From an uncultured Chloroflexia bacterium (lineage in GTDB: Bacteria > Chloroflexota > Limnocylindria > Limnocylindrales > CSP1-4): 64,000 nt of DNA. Position 1 is the first letter of the stretch. Each line of letters opens with the position of its first letter. The notes under the pieces were generated by a model, which saw only the letters and a program-made list of their open reading frames with translations, had not been told where the DNA came from and did not search any database. This document shows, piece after piece, positions 18,818 through 28,544 of this stretch. The position numbers were made by a program, and so were the translations under genes. Location: the NCBI GenBank assembly GCA_963697415.1, contig CAVONW010000003.1:1200350-1264349 (forward strand), in the 5' to 3' direction.

Positions 18818-19540
18818 TTACATACCTACGCTCGGGATCGCCCCGCGGTTCGCCGCCGGCCGCCGCAGACCGGCGGAGGTGCTTGCACGCTGGAGGAGCG
18901 CGAACGTCCCCTCGGTCATGAGCGCCAGGGACGCAACGAGGACCACGCCCCCGAAGATCTTGCCGTCATCGTTCTGGGCTATCCCCTCAACGAGGAATCG
19001 CCCGAGGCCGCCCGACCCGAAGATCGCCCCGAGCGTCATCGTGGCCACGATCTGCGTGGCCGCGGACCGGATCCCGGTGAGGATGACCGGCAGCGCCACG
19101 GGGATCTCCACCGACCGGAGAACCTGCGCCTCTCGCATGCCCATCGCACGAGCCGACTCCACGAGGTCCTGGTCAACGCCGATGACGCCTGCCTCGGCAT
19201 TCACGAGGATGGGCGGGATGGCGAGGATGACCATGGCCACCAGGGTCGGGTAAACCTTGAAGCCGAGCTCAGGATCGATGGCCGCCGTGAACGGCAGGAC
19301 GATCCCGATTACCGCCAGGGACGGGATGGCACGCCCGATGTTGGCGAGGTTGGCGGCGAACGCGGCTCCGCGCCGCGTGTGGCCGATGAACAGCCCGGCC
19401 GGCAGAGCGATCGCCAGGGCGGCCAGCAGTGACAGAGCGGACAGGCCGAGGTGTTCCAGGAGTCGTTGTGGAATCGCGCCCGGTCCGGTCCATTGGGCCG
19501 CGTCTGTCAGCCAGGCGGCCGTCTCGGTGATGAGGTTCAT
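18818..19540 (-). CDS. ABC transporter permease (compatible-solute type)
   Basis: Contains the EAA-like loop ESARAMGMREAQVLRSVEIPVALP; its start abuts the stop of the upstream permease. Confidence 0.8.
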   Translation of the reverse strand: MNLITETAAWLTDAAQWTGPGAIPQRLLEHLGLSALSLLAALAIALPAGLFIGHTRRGAAFAANLANIGRAIPSLAVIGIVLPFTAAIDPELGFKVYPTLVAMVILAIPPILVNAEAGVIGVDQDLVESARAMGMREAQVLRSVEIPVALPVILTGIRSAATQIVATMTLGAIFGSGGLGRFLVEGIAQNDDGKIFGGVVLVASLALMTEGTFALLQRASTSAGLRRPAANRGAIPSVGM

Positions 19541-20184
19541 GTGCTCGTCCGGGTCGTGAACCAAGGCGTGAGCCGCGCGCCGGCGACGACCAGTAGCCGA
19601 TCCACGAGCAGGGCCAGGATCACCGATGGCACCGCGCCCGCGATGATCTCGGTCGGGAAGCTCCTCCGGTAGCCCTCGAAGATGAAGAAGCCGAGCCCGC
19701 CGAAACGATCTCCGAGGATCCCCGAGATCGTCACGAGCCCGATGGTCGAGACGCTCGCCAGCCGGACGCCCGCGACGATGAGCGGCACCGCGAGCGGCAA
19801 CTCCACCCGGAGCAGACGGGTCCTGCCCGGGTAGCCCATCCCGTCCGCCGCCTCGATCACATCGGCCGGCACGCCGTCCAGTCCGGCCGAGATGTTCCGG
19901 ACGAAGATCAGGAGCGTGTACAGAACCAGCGGGACCTCGGCAGTGAACAGCGAGAGCCCGGTCACCGGGACGAGGGCGGCGAACAGGGCGAGGCTCGGGA
20001 TCGTGTAGAAGATCCCGGTGAGGGTGACGATCGGGCCCATCGTCAGGCGGACGCGAACCGCGAGGATGGATAGGCCCATGGACAGCACGAAACCCACCCC
20101 GACCGCGAGTGCGGCGAGCCCGAAGTGCTGCAACGTGCGGAGCGCCAGCTCATCCAGGTGGTCCAGGATCCAGGGAATATCCAT
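19537..20184 (-). CDS. ABC transporter permease (compatible-solute type)
   Basis: 215 aa; EAADGMGYPGRTRLLRVELPLAVP; ATG overlaps the ATPase stop. Confidence 0.8.
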   Translation of the reverse strand: MDIPWILDHLDELALRTLQHFGLAALAVGVGFVLSMGLSILAVRVRLTMGPIVTLTGIFYTIPSLALFAALVPVTGLSLFTAEVPLVLYTLLIFVRNISAGLDGVPADVIEAADGMGYPGRTRLLRVELPLAVPLIVAGVRLASVSTIGLVTISGILGDRFGGLGFFIFEGYRRSFPTEIIAGAVPSVILALLVDRLLVVAGARLTPWFTTRTST

Positions 20185-21332
20185 CAGCCCGGGGTCGATG
20201 ATGCCGGGCGCATCCGCTCGGTGATCATGTCCGTGGTCACCAGGCCGAGCACCGACCCGTGTTCGTCGACGGCGATCCCGGCCTGCACCTCGGCGTCGAT
20301 GAGCATCGCGAGGGCATCCTTGAGCGTGGTCCGCCGGTCGAGGATCGGCGACATCGGGGCAGCCATCGCCTCGTCGAGAGCGCCGGCGGACGGCATCTGG
20401 CGCTGGCCGATCCAGCCGATCGGTCGGTTGCCGTCGTCGACGAGGAGGAGGAACTCGAAGGGATCGGCCACGATCCGCCGCCGCGCCTCGCCCGACTCGT
20501 CGCCCACGTGGGCCATCACGGCCGGACGCAGCTCCAGGTTCCCGACATTCGAGAGGGCGAGTCGTTTGAGCCCGCGGTCCGCACCAACGAACCGGGCGAC
20601 GAAATCGGACGCCGGATTGGCCAGGATCTCCTCGGGCGTCCCGAACTGGGCCAGCGTGCCGCCGATCTCCATGACCGCGACGAGGTCGCCCATCTTGATC
20701 GCCTCGTCGATGTCATGCGTGACGAACAGGATCGTCTTGGCGAGGTCCGCCTGGAGGCGCAGGAACTCGTTCTGGAGCCGTTCCCGGACGATGGGATCGA
20801 CCGCCCCGAACGGCTCATCCATGAGCATCAGCGGCGGATCCGCCGCGAGCGCACGCGCAACGCCCACGCGCTGGCGCTCGCCGCCCGACAGCTGGCTGGG
20901 ATATCGATCCCGCTGGACTGCGGGGTCCAGGCCCACCAGCTGGAGCAGTTCGTCCGCGCGTTCACGCCGCCGCTCCTCGCCCCAGCCGAGCAGACGGGGA
21001 ACCGTCGCGACGTTCTCGCCGACGGTCTGGTGCGGGAACAGGCCGACCTGCTGGATGACGTAGCCGATGGACCGGCGGAGTTCGGTCACGTCGCGCGCCG
21101 CGGCGTCCTCACCGTCGATGAGGATCCGCCCGCTGGTCGGCTCGATGAGCCGGTTGACCATCTTCAGGCTCGTGGTCTTGCCGCAGCCGGACGGGCCGAC
21201 GAGGACGCAGATCTTCCCGGCCGGGACCTCGATGGACAGGTCTTCCACGGCTCCGCGGACACCGGCGCCGGTACCGGAGTAGCGCTTCGTGACGTGATCG
21301 AAGGCGACCGTGGCCGCTGGGTGGGGCGACAT
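20184..21332 (-). CDS. ABC transporter ATP-binding protein with tandem C-terminal CBS domains (OpuCA/ProV-like)
   Basis: 382 aa; Walker A GPSGCGKTT, signature LSGGERQRV, Walker B LMDEPF, followed by CBS-like repeats. Confidence 0.85.
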   Translation of the reverse strand: MSPHPAATVAFDHVTKRYSGTGAGVRGAVEDLSIEVPAGKICVLVGPSGCGKTTSLKMVNRLIEPTSGRILIDGEDAAARDVTELRRSIGYVIQQVGLFPHQTVGENVATVPRLLGWGEERRRERADELLQLVGLDPAVQRDRYPSQLSGGERQRVGVARALAADPPLMLMDEPFGAVDPIVRERLQNEFLRLQADLAKTILFVTHDIDEAIKMGDLVAVMEIGGTLAQFGTPEEILANPASDFVARFVGADRGLKRLALSNVGNLELRPAVMAHVGDESGEARRRIVADPFEFLLLVDDGNRPIGWIGQRQMPSAGALDEAMAAPMSPILDRRTTLKDALAMLIDAEVQAGIAVDEHGSVLGLVTTDMITERMRPASSTPG

Positions 21333-21391
21333 GCGGATCCAGTATCACCCGGACGCGGCCGGCCCGCGACGATGGGCTCTGGCGTCAGGCC

Positions 21392-22228
21392 TCAGATCGG
21401 AAGCGTCGCCAGGTCTCCTTCGATGACCTCGCGGTCCGCGGGATCGGCGATGCCTTCGAGTGAGGCTCGGGCCCGATCACGCCACGCAATCGCCCCCTCG
21501 GAGTCGGCCGCAACCGCAGCCGCGCGCGCCATCCCCTCCTGGGCAGCGGCGAGATCCCAGTCGTCCGCTTCGCCCGCGGCGACGGCGGCCTGGACGTAGG
21601 CGAGGCTCCGTGCCGCGTGGAACTGCGCCGGCTCGCCGCGGCCGAGGACGGAGTAGACGCGGGCGACCTGCCACTCCCCACGCCCCAAGTTGGCATTCGT
21701 GCCGGCCTTCGACCAGTGGTAGCGCGAGGCGTGCGCCGCGTGGATCATCTCGTCGATCTCGGTCGGCGTCCGGTTGGTCTTCTCGATTAGCGTCCAGACG
21801 TGATTGAACAGATCGACCCCGAGACGCCGATGGGCGGCGGCATCGAGCTCTGGTGCGGCCGTTGCCTCAATGTCGGTCACGATGGGCTCCTTTCCTGCGC
21901 TGAGCTGCCCCAGCACGTGCAGGACGCGCTGGAGCTGGTTGATTCGTGCTTCGACCCGGGATCGGTGGTCGGCGATTCGCCGACGCTGCAGCGCCGGGTC
22001 GTCCACCGCGAGAACCCGGCGGATCTCGTCGAGCGGGACCTCGAGATCCCGCAGCCGGGCGATGGCCCGGCCGACATCCACCTGGATTCGCCGATACCGG
22101 CGATAGCCGGTGAAACGATCGACCTCGGCGGGCCGGAGCAGATCCAGCTCGTCGTAGTGGCGCAAGGCGCCCACGGAGATCCCGGTCAGACGGCTGAATC
22201 GCCCGATCGAGAGGAAGTCGTCGTCCAT
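21392..22228 (-). CDS. MerR family transcriptional regulator with long C-terminal effector domain
   Basis: LSIGRFSRLTGISVGALRHYDELDLL N-terminal HTH, coiled-coil dimerisation helix, about 170-aa C-terminal domain. Confidence 0.75.
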   Translation of the reverse strand: MDDDFLSIGRFSRLTGISVGALRHYDELDLLRPAEVDRFTGYRRYRRIQVDVGRAIARLRDLEVPLDEIRRVLAVDDPALQRRRIADHRSRVEARINQLQRVLHVLGQLSAGKEPIVTDIEATAAPELDAAAHRRLGVDLFNHVWTLIEKTNRTPTEIDEMIHAAHASRYHWSKAGTNANLGRGEWQVARVYSVLGRGEPAQFHAARSLAYVQAAVAAGEADDWDLAAAQEGMARAAAVAADSEGAIAWRDRARASLEGIADPADREVIEGDLATLPI

Positions 22229-22275
22229 GGCAACCATCGTGGACCCTCGGGCAGGTCGAGAGTCAAGCCCCCGGT

Positions 22276-22560
22276 TCAGGCATTGTCGAGTTCGCGCGAG
22301 ATGGCCCGCACGATGAAGCGCGCCGCCTCCGCGCTCTTGCCACCCAGCTTCTGGCCCTCATCCTGCTCGAGCGCCACCAGCAGGTCCCCCAGCATCTGGG
22401 CCAGGAGGGGAGTGCGCTGAAGGGTGCCGTTCGCGAGTGCCGTCTCGAGTCCCGCGACCGCCGCGCGGGCGTTGGTCACGGCATGCCCCTTGGCATCCAT
22501 GAGTTCGCGGAAGGTCGTCCGGGCCGCCGCGGCATCCGCTCCCGTGGATGCCATCGTCAC
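22276..22560 (-). CDS. hypothetical small all-alpha protein
   Basis: 94 aa, non-R-rich, 4-nt overlap with upstream GNAT stop (operon arrangement). Confidence 0.4.
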   Translation of the reverse strand: MTMASTGADAAAARTTFRELMDAKGHAVTNARAAVAGLETALANGTLQRTPLLAQMLGDLLVALEQDEGQKLGGKSAEAARFIVRAISRELDNA

Positions 22561-23216
22561 CTCCCCAGGATTCGTGTCGCAACACCACGCCGCGCCGGTT
22601 CCGGCACGCTGTCCCCGTCGGCCACCTTGGCCGGGTCATCCTGCCGCCCTCGAAAATCGGGTTCAAGGATGCTCATCGAGATCTCATCCCACCAGCGCCC
22701 TTCGCGCCAGATCGCCTCACGTGCCCGGCCCTCCACGACGAACCCGCAGGTCACGTAGGACCGAATCGCGCGCTCGTTGAACTCGAAGACGGACAGTCCG
22801 ATCCGGTGGATGCCGAGAGTCCGGAAGGCATGCGCCACCATCAGCTGGGTCGCCTCTGTGCCATACCCGTGGCCCCAGGTGTCCCGCTCGCCGATCGTGA
22901 TGTGGAACAGCGCCGACCCGTTGTCGCCGTCGAACTGGCTGAGGGCACACGTCCCGACGAGCCGATTCGAGTCCCGCACGTGGATCGCCATTGCCAGGGA
23001 CTCGGCACCGACGGCTCGCGCCTGGAAGAAGCGGTCGACCTCCTCGACGCGCATCGGGCCGTCCTGGTAGCGGGCGAGCCGGGCAATCTCCGGATCCGCA
23101 TACCAGCGCCGGAACGCGGCGAGGTTCTCCGGGACATGGCGTCTGAGCGTGACGAGGCGGCCCTCGATGGACGCTGGGAACCACGTTCGACCGGCCACGC
23201 GGGCACGGTATACCAT
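22557..23216 (-). CDS. GNAT family N-acetyltransferase
   Basis: RLVTLRRHVPENLAAFRRWYADPEIARL... core HITIGERDTWGHGYGTEATQLMVAHAF. Start uncertain (23216, 23225 or 23264); it lies within 10 nt of, or overlaps, the divergent ligase start. Confidence 0.65.
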   Translation of the reverse strand: MVYRARVAGRTWFPASIEGRLVTLRRHVPENLAAFRRWYADPEIARLARYQDGPMRVEEVDRFFQARAVGAESLAMAIHVRDSNRLVGTCALSQFDGDNGSALFHITIGERDTWGHGYGTEATQLMVAHAFRTLGIHRIGLSVFEFNERAIRSYVTCGFVVEGRAREAIWREGRWWDEISMSILEPDFRGRQDDPAKVADGDSVPEPARRGVATRILGR

Positions 23217-23223
23217 CGCCGCC

Positions 23224-25005
23224 ATGCGTCGCTGGAGCGAGCTCGCGGAGCGCGTTGCGGCCACGACGCGGACCTCCGAGAAGACGGCGCTCCTCGCCGA
23301 CTACCTCCGGACGATTGACGCGTCGGAGTTGCCGATCGCCGTGGTCTTCCTCACAGGGCGGGCGTTTGCGGAGGCGGATCAGCGTGCCACCGGGCTCGGC
23401 TGGGCCACGATGGCGGGCGCACTCGCCGAGGTCGCCGGTGCTGATCGGGAGGCACTCGGCGAGGCCTACGACCGCTTCTCCGATCTCGGACGGGCGGTCG
23501 AGGATGTGCTGCTACGGGCAGGCCATGCGCCCGATCCGGGAGGCGTGCCGCGACTGCCCGATGTCGCGGCCGCGTTCGCTGCCATTGGGTCTGCCTCCGG
23601 TCCGGCAAGCAAGGGCGCCCTCTTCGCCAACCTGCTCCGACGGTGCGACCCTCTGACGGCCAAGGGCGTCGTGAAGGTCCTGTCGGGCGATCTCCGAATC
23701 GGGCTACGCGAGGGACTGGTGGAGGCGGCGCTCTCGAAGGCGTTCGATCGGCCGCTCGAGGCGGTCAAGCGCGCCGCCATGCTGACCGGCGATATCGGCC
23801 GGATCGCCGTCCTGGCCCGGGACGGAGCACTCGACACGGCGGAGCTCACGCTCTTCCATCCGCTCAAGTTCATGCTCGCCTCGCCGGCCGAGGATGCGGC
23901 CGAGATCGTGCGCCGGCTGGGCCCCGTGGTCTGGGTCGAGGACAAGTACGACGGGATCCGGGCTCAGCTCCACAAGCTTGGACACGAGGTACGGCTCTTC
24001 TCCCGTGACCTCCACGACATCACCTCGGGCTACCCGGAGATCGTTGCGGCAGCGCGGGCGTTGCCGTGGGACGGGATCCTCGACGGGGAGCTGCTCGGCT
24101 ATCGGGACGGGACCGTGCTCCCGTTCGTGTCCCTCCAGGCACGCCTCGGGCGAAAGGCGCCCTCGGCGGCAATCCTGGCCGAGGTGCCCGTCGTGTACGT
24201 CGCGTTCGACGTCCTCGGCCTGGGCCCGGGCGGCCACGGGCCCGTGGAACCGATGCTCGACGAGCCGCTCCAAGGCCGCCGCCGCCGCCTCGAGGAGATG
24301 GACCTGCCGCTCGCCGACGCGGGTGGCGGGTTCGCCGTGTCGCACCTGGTGACCGCCGACTCGGCGGATGCACTCGAGACAGCCTTCGCTGCCGCGCGGG
24401 CGCGTCGAAATGAGGGCCTCATGGTCAAGGACCCCACGAGTCCGTACTCGCCGGGCAGGCGCGGATACGGCTGGTTGAAGATGAAGAAGGCCCTCGCGAC
24501 CATCGATTGCGTGGTCGTGGGTGTGGAAGGCGGGCACGGCAAACGCCATGGCGTCCTGTCCGACTACACCTTCGCCGTCCGGGACGAGGCGAACGACCGG
24601 CTGGTTACGATCGGCAAGGCGTACAGCGGGCTGACCGATGCGGAGATCGCGGAAATGACCGGCTGGTTCGAAACCCACACGATCAGCCGCCACGGCCGCT
24701 ACCGGGTCGTGGAGCCCACGGTGGTCGTGGAGGTCGCCTTTGACGTCATCCTCCGCTCGGCCCGCCACCGATCGGGTTTCGCGCTGCGGTTCCCGCGCAT
24801 CGCGCGGCTGCGGACCGAGAAGCCCGCGGCCGAGGCGGACACGCTGGCCACGGTGGAGCGGTTGTTCAACGAGCTCCAACCCGGCGCGGAGCAGCTGGTG
24901 ACTGCGGCCCATCGCGACGCGACCATCAGTTCGAGCGACGGAGGCGCTCGGGAATCGGAACCCGGAAACAAGAAGATCGCCCGCCGTCCCCGGCCCGGCG
25001 GCTAG
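23224..25005 (+). CDS. ATP-dependent DNA ligase (LigC/archaeal-eukaryal type: DBD + adenylation + OB)
   Basis: N-terminus MRRWSELAERVAATTRTSEKTALLADYL matches ligase family starts. KxDG adenylation motif VEDKYDGIRAQ; ...EGLMVKD..., ...WLKMKK... motifs. The ORF-track start 23149 adds an unlikely 25 aa. Confidence 0.85.
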   Translation: MRRWSELAERVAATTRTSEKTALLADYLRTIDASELPIAVVFLTGRAFAEADQRATGLGWATMAGALAEVAGADREALGEAYDRFSDLGRAVEDVLLRAGHAPDPGGVPRLPDVAAAFAAIGSASGPASKGALFANLLRRCDPLTAKGVVKVLSGDLRIGLREGLVEAALSKAFDRPLEAVKRAAMLTGDIGRIAVLARDGALDTAELTLFHPLKFMLASPAEDAAEIVRRLGPVVWVEDKYDGIRAQLHKLGHEVRLFSRDLHDITSGYPEIVAAARALPWDGILDGELLGYRDGTVLPFVSLQARLGRKAPSAAILAEVPVVYVAFDVLGLGPGGHGPVEPMLDEPLQGRRRRLEEMDLPLADAGGGFAVSHLVTADSADALETAFAAARARRNEGLMVKDPTSPYSPGRRGYGWLKMKKALATIDCVVVGVEGGHGKRHGVLSDYTFAVRDEANDRLVTIGKAYSGLTDAEIAEMTGWFETHTISRHGRYRVVEPTVVVEVAFDVILRSARHRSGFALRFPRIARLRTEKPAAEADTLATVERLFNELQPGAEQLVTAAHRDATISSSDGGARESEPGNKKIARRPRPGG

Positions 25006-25014
25006 ACTGGCGCC

Positions 25015-25539
25015 ATGCTTTCAGGCTGGGGCGGCGATGAACTGCCCGTTGAGATGACCCTGTACACGGACGCCTACGTCATCCGTGGAACGTTGGCGAC
25101 CCGCCAGCGGCGCCTGTCCGACGTCCTCAACCTGGCGGAAGCCGAGTTCCTCGTCCTTTCGGACGCGGTTCTCGAGGCACACAGTGGCCGGGCGGAGCGC
25201 CACGTCGCGCCGTACGCGCAGGTGAATCTCGCGGCGGTCCTGTTCGCCGTCGCGAGCAGCACGGTGACCACGCTGCCGGAACTGCGAACGCCGAAAGTCG
25301 CCGAGACGACGCTGATCAGCATCCCGCCCTTCAGCATCACCGGCAACATCCACCTGCTCCCGGAACGGGATGTCCGCGACGCCCTCAGCGAGCTGCACGG
25401 GCGCTTCATCCCCGTGACCGACGCGACGTTCTGGTCAGAGGCGCTGGGCGAGGCGCGGGTCACCGCGCCGATGGTCGCCGTCAACCACGCGCAAGCCCAG
25501 ATCCTGTCGCCGTATCTAGCGGCGCCGGCAGCCGACTGA
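25015..25539 (+). CDS. hypothetical protein, tightly linked downstream of the DNA ligase
   Basis: 174 aa starting 10 nt after the ligase stop; balanced composition; no recognisable domain. Confidence 0.45.
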   Translation: MLSGWGGDELPVEMTLYTDAYVIRGTLATRQRRLSDVLNLAEAEFLVLSDAVLEAHSGRAERHVAPYAQVNLAAVLFAVASSTVTTLPELRTPKVAETTLISIPPFSITGNIHLLPERDVRDALSELHGRFIPVTDATFWSEALGEARVTAPMVAVNHAQAQILSPYLAAPAAD

Positions 25540-25571
25540 CCCGTTGCCTGGTTGACCAGGCGGAAACGGCC

Positions 25572-26423
25572 TCAGCGCTCGACTGGAAGATCCAGCCGAT
25601 CGCCCCACTCGGCCCAGCCGCCGTCGTAGACCGCCACATCGTCGTAGCCGAGCAGGGTGAGCACGAACGCCAGCCGGGCAGCCGCGACCCCTGAACCGTC
25701 GTAGATGACGATCCGGCGGCCGCGGGCCACGTTGGCCTTCAGGAGGAGCTCCCGCAGAACCGTTGCATCCCGAAGCCTCTGCGTGCCGGGCAGATGCATG
25801 GCCCCAACCGGCAGGTTGACCGCGCCCGGAATGTGTCCGAGCCGCCGGGCGTTCCCCTCCAGACCTCGAAACTCGGCGCTGGCGCGCGCGTCGACGATGA
25901 GGACATCCGGCGATCCGAGGAGCGCCCGAATGTCCGCCGTGCCGAGCCGCATCCGGGCATTGGCGCGCGGCGTGAACGTGGCGACGGCCGTGGGATTGCT
26001 CGCGTTTGAGAGCGGCCGGCCCTCCGCCAGCCACGCCGCGAGCCCGCCGTCGAGGATTCGTGCGGATTCGTAGCCGTAGACGCTCAGGCTCCACCAGGTT
26101 CGCGCCGCGTACAGGCCGAGTGTGTCGTCGTAGATGACCAGGCTCGTGCCGTCACCGATCCCCGCCCGCCCCAGCACGGTGGCGATCCGGTCCGGGCTCG
26201 CCAGGCGCAGGCCCGGGCTCTCGTCATCCGGTCCGGGCTCAACAAGCTCGGACCGCCAGTCGACATAGGTGGCGCCCGGGATGTGGCCCGCGGCATAGAT
26301 GGATGGCCCGGTCCCGTCGGGGCGCCATCGGACGTCTAGGATGCGCAGGTCCGGACGGCCCAACTGCTCAGCTAGCCAATCGGGCGTTGCCAGCAGCTCG
26401 GGTCGCGCCAGCGCGTTCACCAT
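25572..26423 (-). CDS. thiosulfate/3-mercaptopyruvate sulfurtransferase (tandem rhodanese domains)
   Basis: 283 aa; PDLRILDVRW...GHIPGA repeated twice, active-site region in second domain. Confidence 0.8.
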   Translation of the reverse strand: MVNALARPELLATPDWLAEQLGRPDLRILDVRWRPDGTGPSIYAAGHIPGATYVDWRSELVEPGPDDESPGLRLASPDRIATVLGRAGIGDGTSLVIYDDTLGLYAARTWWSLSVYGYESARILDGGLAAWLAEGRPLSNASNPTAVATFTPRANARMRLGTADIRALLGSPDVLIVDARASAEFRGLEGNARRLGHIPGAVNLPVGAMHLPGTQRLRDATVLRELLLKANVARGRRIVIYDGSGVAAARLAFVLTLLGYDDVAVYDGGWAEWGDRLDLPVER

Positions 26424-26491
26424 TGAACGAGGCCGGCCGCGTCGGGTGGGTGGGGCATGGCCGGTATCATACGGCCGTGGTTTCCCCGTTC

Positions 26492-27715
26492 ATGGCGGAC
26501 GATGACAAGTTCGCCGCAATCCGCGCCGCGCTGCCCTCGCTCGCCGCTGGGATTCAGTTGAACACGGGTACCTGCGGGCCCATCCCCGCCGAAGTCGCTG
26601 CGGTCATGGCCGAGCTGACGGAATACGAGCGTTCGATCGGCCGGAGCCATCCCGACTACAACCTGGAGATGCTCGAGCGAATGGACGAGGCCCGGGCCGG
26701 GGTCGCGGCGGTCATCGGGGCTGACCTGGGTGCCGTAGCGCTCACCCACGCGACCACCGATGGCATGAACATCGCAACCTGGGGCCTCGACTGGCGTGCC
26801 GGCGACGTCGCGGTGACAACGGTCCAGGAGCATGCGGGTGGGCTCGGGAGCCTGTACTCCCTCCGGGACCGGCTGGGGGTCGAGGTGCGGTTCGCCGAGA
26901 TCGGCGATGGCTCAGACGACGAGGCCACGCTGGCAGCATTCGACCGGGCCATCGTCCCGGGGGCCCGGCTTGTCTCGGCCTCGCACGTCCTCTGGTCCAC
27001 CGGGGCGGTCCTGCCGATCGCCCGCATCGCCGAGCTCGCCCGGGATCGAGGCGCGCTGATGCTCGTCGACGGAGCCCAAGCGGTTGGGGCCATCCCCGTC
27101 TCGGTCAAGGAACTTGGCGTGGACGCGTACTCGCTGTCGAGCCAGAAGTGGCTGCTCGGACCCGAGGGCATGGGGGCGCTGTGGATGGCGCCGAGCGCCA
27201 TGGATCGCCTGCAGCCGGCGTTCGCCGGTCACTTCTCCTTCGCCGCCTCCGACTCGCGAGGTGTGGCAACCTGGCATGCGGATGCCCGCCGCTTTGAGTC
27301 GTCGGACTACCACCGGCCGTCGATCGCCGGGTTTGCCCGGGCGGTGAGCTGGCTGTCCATGTATGTCGGACTCGACTACGTCCATCGCCGCGGAGCGGCC
27401 ATGGCTCGCCGGGGTGCAGCGGCGCTGGCGGCCATCGAGGGTGTCGAGCTGCTCACGCCGCGCCACCAGATGGCCACACTCGTCACGTTCCGCATCCGGG
27501 GCTGGGAGGCGCAGGCGGCCCTTGATGAGCTGGCCGGCCGGGTATCGGCGATCGCCCGGACGATCGTGTCGCTCGATGCGATCCGAATCAGCATCGGGTT
27601 CTTCACCTCCGAGGAGGAGATGGACCGGTTCCTGGAGGGCGTCCGGGTGCTTGCTGCCTACACGCCCGAGACGCTGCCCCCGCGCCGCACGCTCCCGATC
27701 TTCGGCCAGGCGTGA
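26492..27715 (+). CDS. aminotransferase class V (cysteine desulfurase / isopenicillin-N epimerase-like PLP enzyme)
   Basis: About 407 aa from ATG 26492 (MADDDKFAAIRAALPSL); LNTGTCGPIP, ...SLSSQKWLLGPEGMGAL (PLP-Lys region). The ORF-track start 26303 overlaps the rhodanese gene. Confidence 0.75.
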   Translation: MADDDKFAAIRAALPSLAAGIQLNTGTCGPIPAEVAAVMAELTEYERSIGRSHPDYNLEMLERMDEARAGVAAVIGADLGAVALTHATTDGMNIATWGLDWRAGDVAVTTVQEHAGGLGSLYSLRDRLGVEVRFAEIGDGSDDEATLAAFDRAIVPGARLVSASHVLWSTGAVLPIARIAELARDRGALMLVDGAQAVGAIPVSVKELGVDAYSLSSQKWLLGPEGMGALWMAPSAMDRLQPAFAGHFSFAASDSRGVATWHADARRFESSDYHRPSIAGFARAVSWLSMYVGLDYVHRRGAAMARRGAAALAAIEGVELLTPRHQMATLVTFRIRGWEAQAALDELAGRVSAIARTIVSLDAIRISIGFFTSEEEMDRFLEGVRVLAAYTPETLPPRRTLPIFGQA

Positions 27716-28101
27716 CCGCGCAGCCGCCTCGCCGGTCCTGGCTTGAAGTCCGCTGGCGACAGTTCCGCAACGCGCCGAGGCCGGTGTTTCGGGCCGCCGC
27801 GGCCAATCTGGTCGTGGCGGGGATCCTGGGCGCGCTCTATCTCGCCTACGACGTGGCCCTCACGCGCGGAGATCACCTGCCGGGAGGCGACCTCCGGGCG
27901 CTCTTCGCGACGCTCGACGTTCTCCTCGTGCTCGGGGTCGGAACCGTCGTGACCTACCTGATCGTGCCGCTCCCACGTGGCGCGGACGAGCGGCCGCGGC
28001 GGACGGCCTGGAGCGCGGCGCTCGGGTTCTTTGCCGCCGTGCCGATCGCCTATCTCGTCCTTGTCGTCACGAGCCAGGTGCTCCGCCCGCTCTTCACCTG
28101 A
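27712..28101 (+). CDS. hypothetical small membrane protein (3 TM)
   Basis: GTG overlapping upstream stop (GTGA); helices LVVAGILGALYLAY, LDVLLVLGVGTVVTYLIV, AALGFFAAVPIAYLVLVV. Confidence 0.4.
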   Translation: MTAQPPRRSWLEVRWRQFRNAPRPVFRAAAANLVVAGILGALYLAYDVALTRGDHLPGGDLRALFATLDVLLVLGVGTVVTYLIVPLPRGADERPRRTAWSAALGFFAAVPIAYLVLVVTSQVLRPLFT

Positions 28102-28209
28102 GAGCCACTCGGCTCCAGTCGCCCGTGCCGCCCGTCCGGCTCGTCGAAGCGGTATCGTGTCCGAAGGCGTCGGCGATCGCCGACGCGACCAAGGAGCCAT
28201 GTTCGCCTC

Positions 28210-28485
28210 GTGTCTGCGGAAGAACAGCGTCACCTCGCGCTACCCCAGCTCATCGGCGCCCCCGCATACGCGCGCCCAGCAGCCCCGGTCGCCCACACGC
28301 CTCGGCCCTTCGATCCGGACGACATGCCGCTCGTGCAGACCTTGACCGAGGAGGAGCGGGTGACCCTCGAGAGTGCGCCGGCGTTGGATCCGGAGAGGCA
28401 GGCCGTCGGCTCGGCTCCGGAGCTCACACCACGCCCGTTCAGCCTGCGGGCCCTCACGGATCGCCTGCGCGGGGCGCGCGACTGA
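28210..28485 (+). CDS. hypothetical small protein (weak call)
   Basis: 91-aa ORF just upstream of the tRNA with high GC3; no RBS or domain support. Confidence 0.2.
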   Translation: MSAEEQRHLALPQLIGAPAYARPAAPVAHTPRPFDPDDMPLVQTLTEEERVTLESAPALDPERQAVGSAPELTPRPFSLRALTDRLRGARD

Positions 28486-28544
28486 CGAGGTTCTGGGCGT
28501 CCTCGGCCTGGAGCACGGCTCGGGAGCCGGTGTACGATCCCGGC

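Noticed and set aside
26303-26491. Upstream extension of the aminotransferase ORF; similar upstream extensions of ORFs 3957, 32686, 44693-46405, 16657-17277, 17063-17749, 45991-46950, 23149
   Set aside because: Extensions overlap neighbouring genes or are R/P-rich; internal starts have RBSs and match family N-termini
28102-28544. Looked for integrase, transposase or att-like duplication of the tRNA 3' end around the tRNA and at 36.0-36.5 kb
   Set aside because: None found by eye; island hypothesis therefore left as inference only
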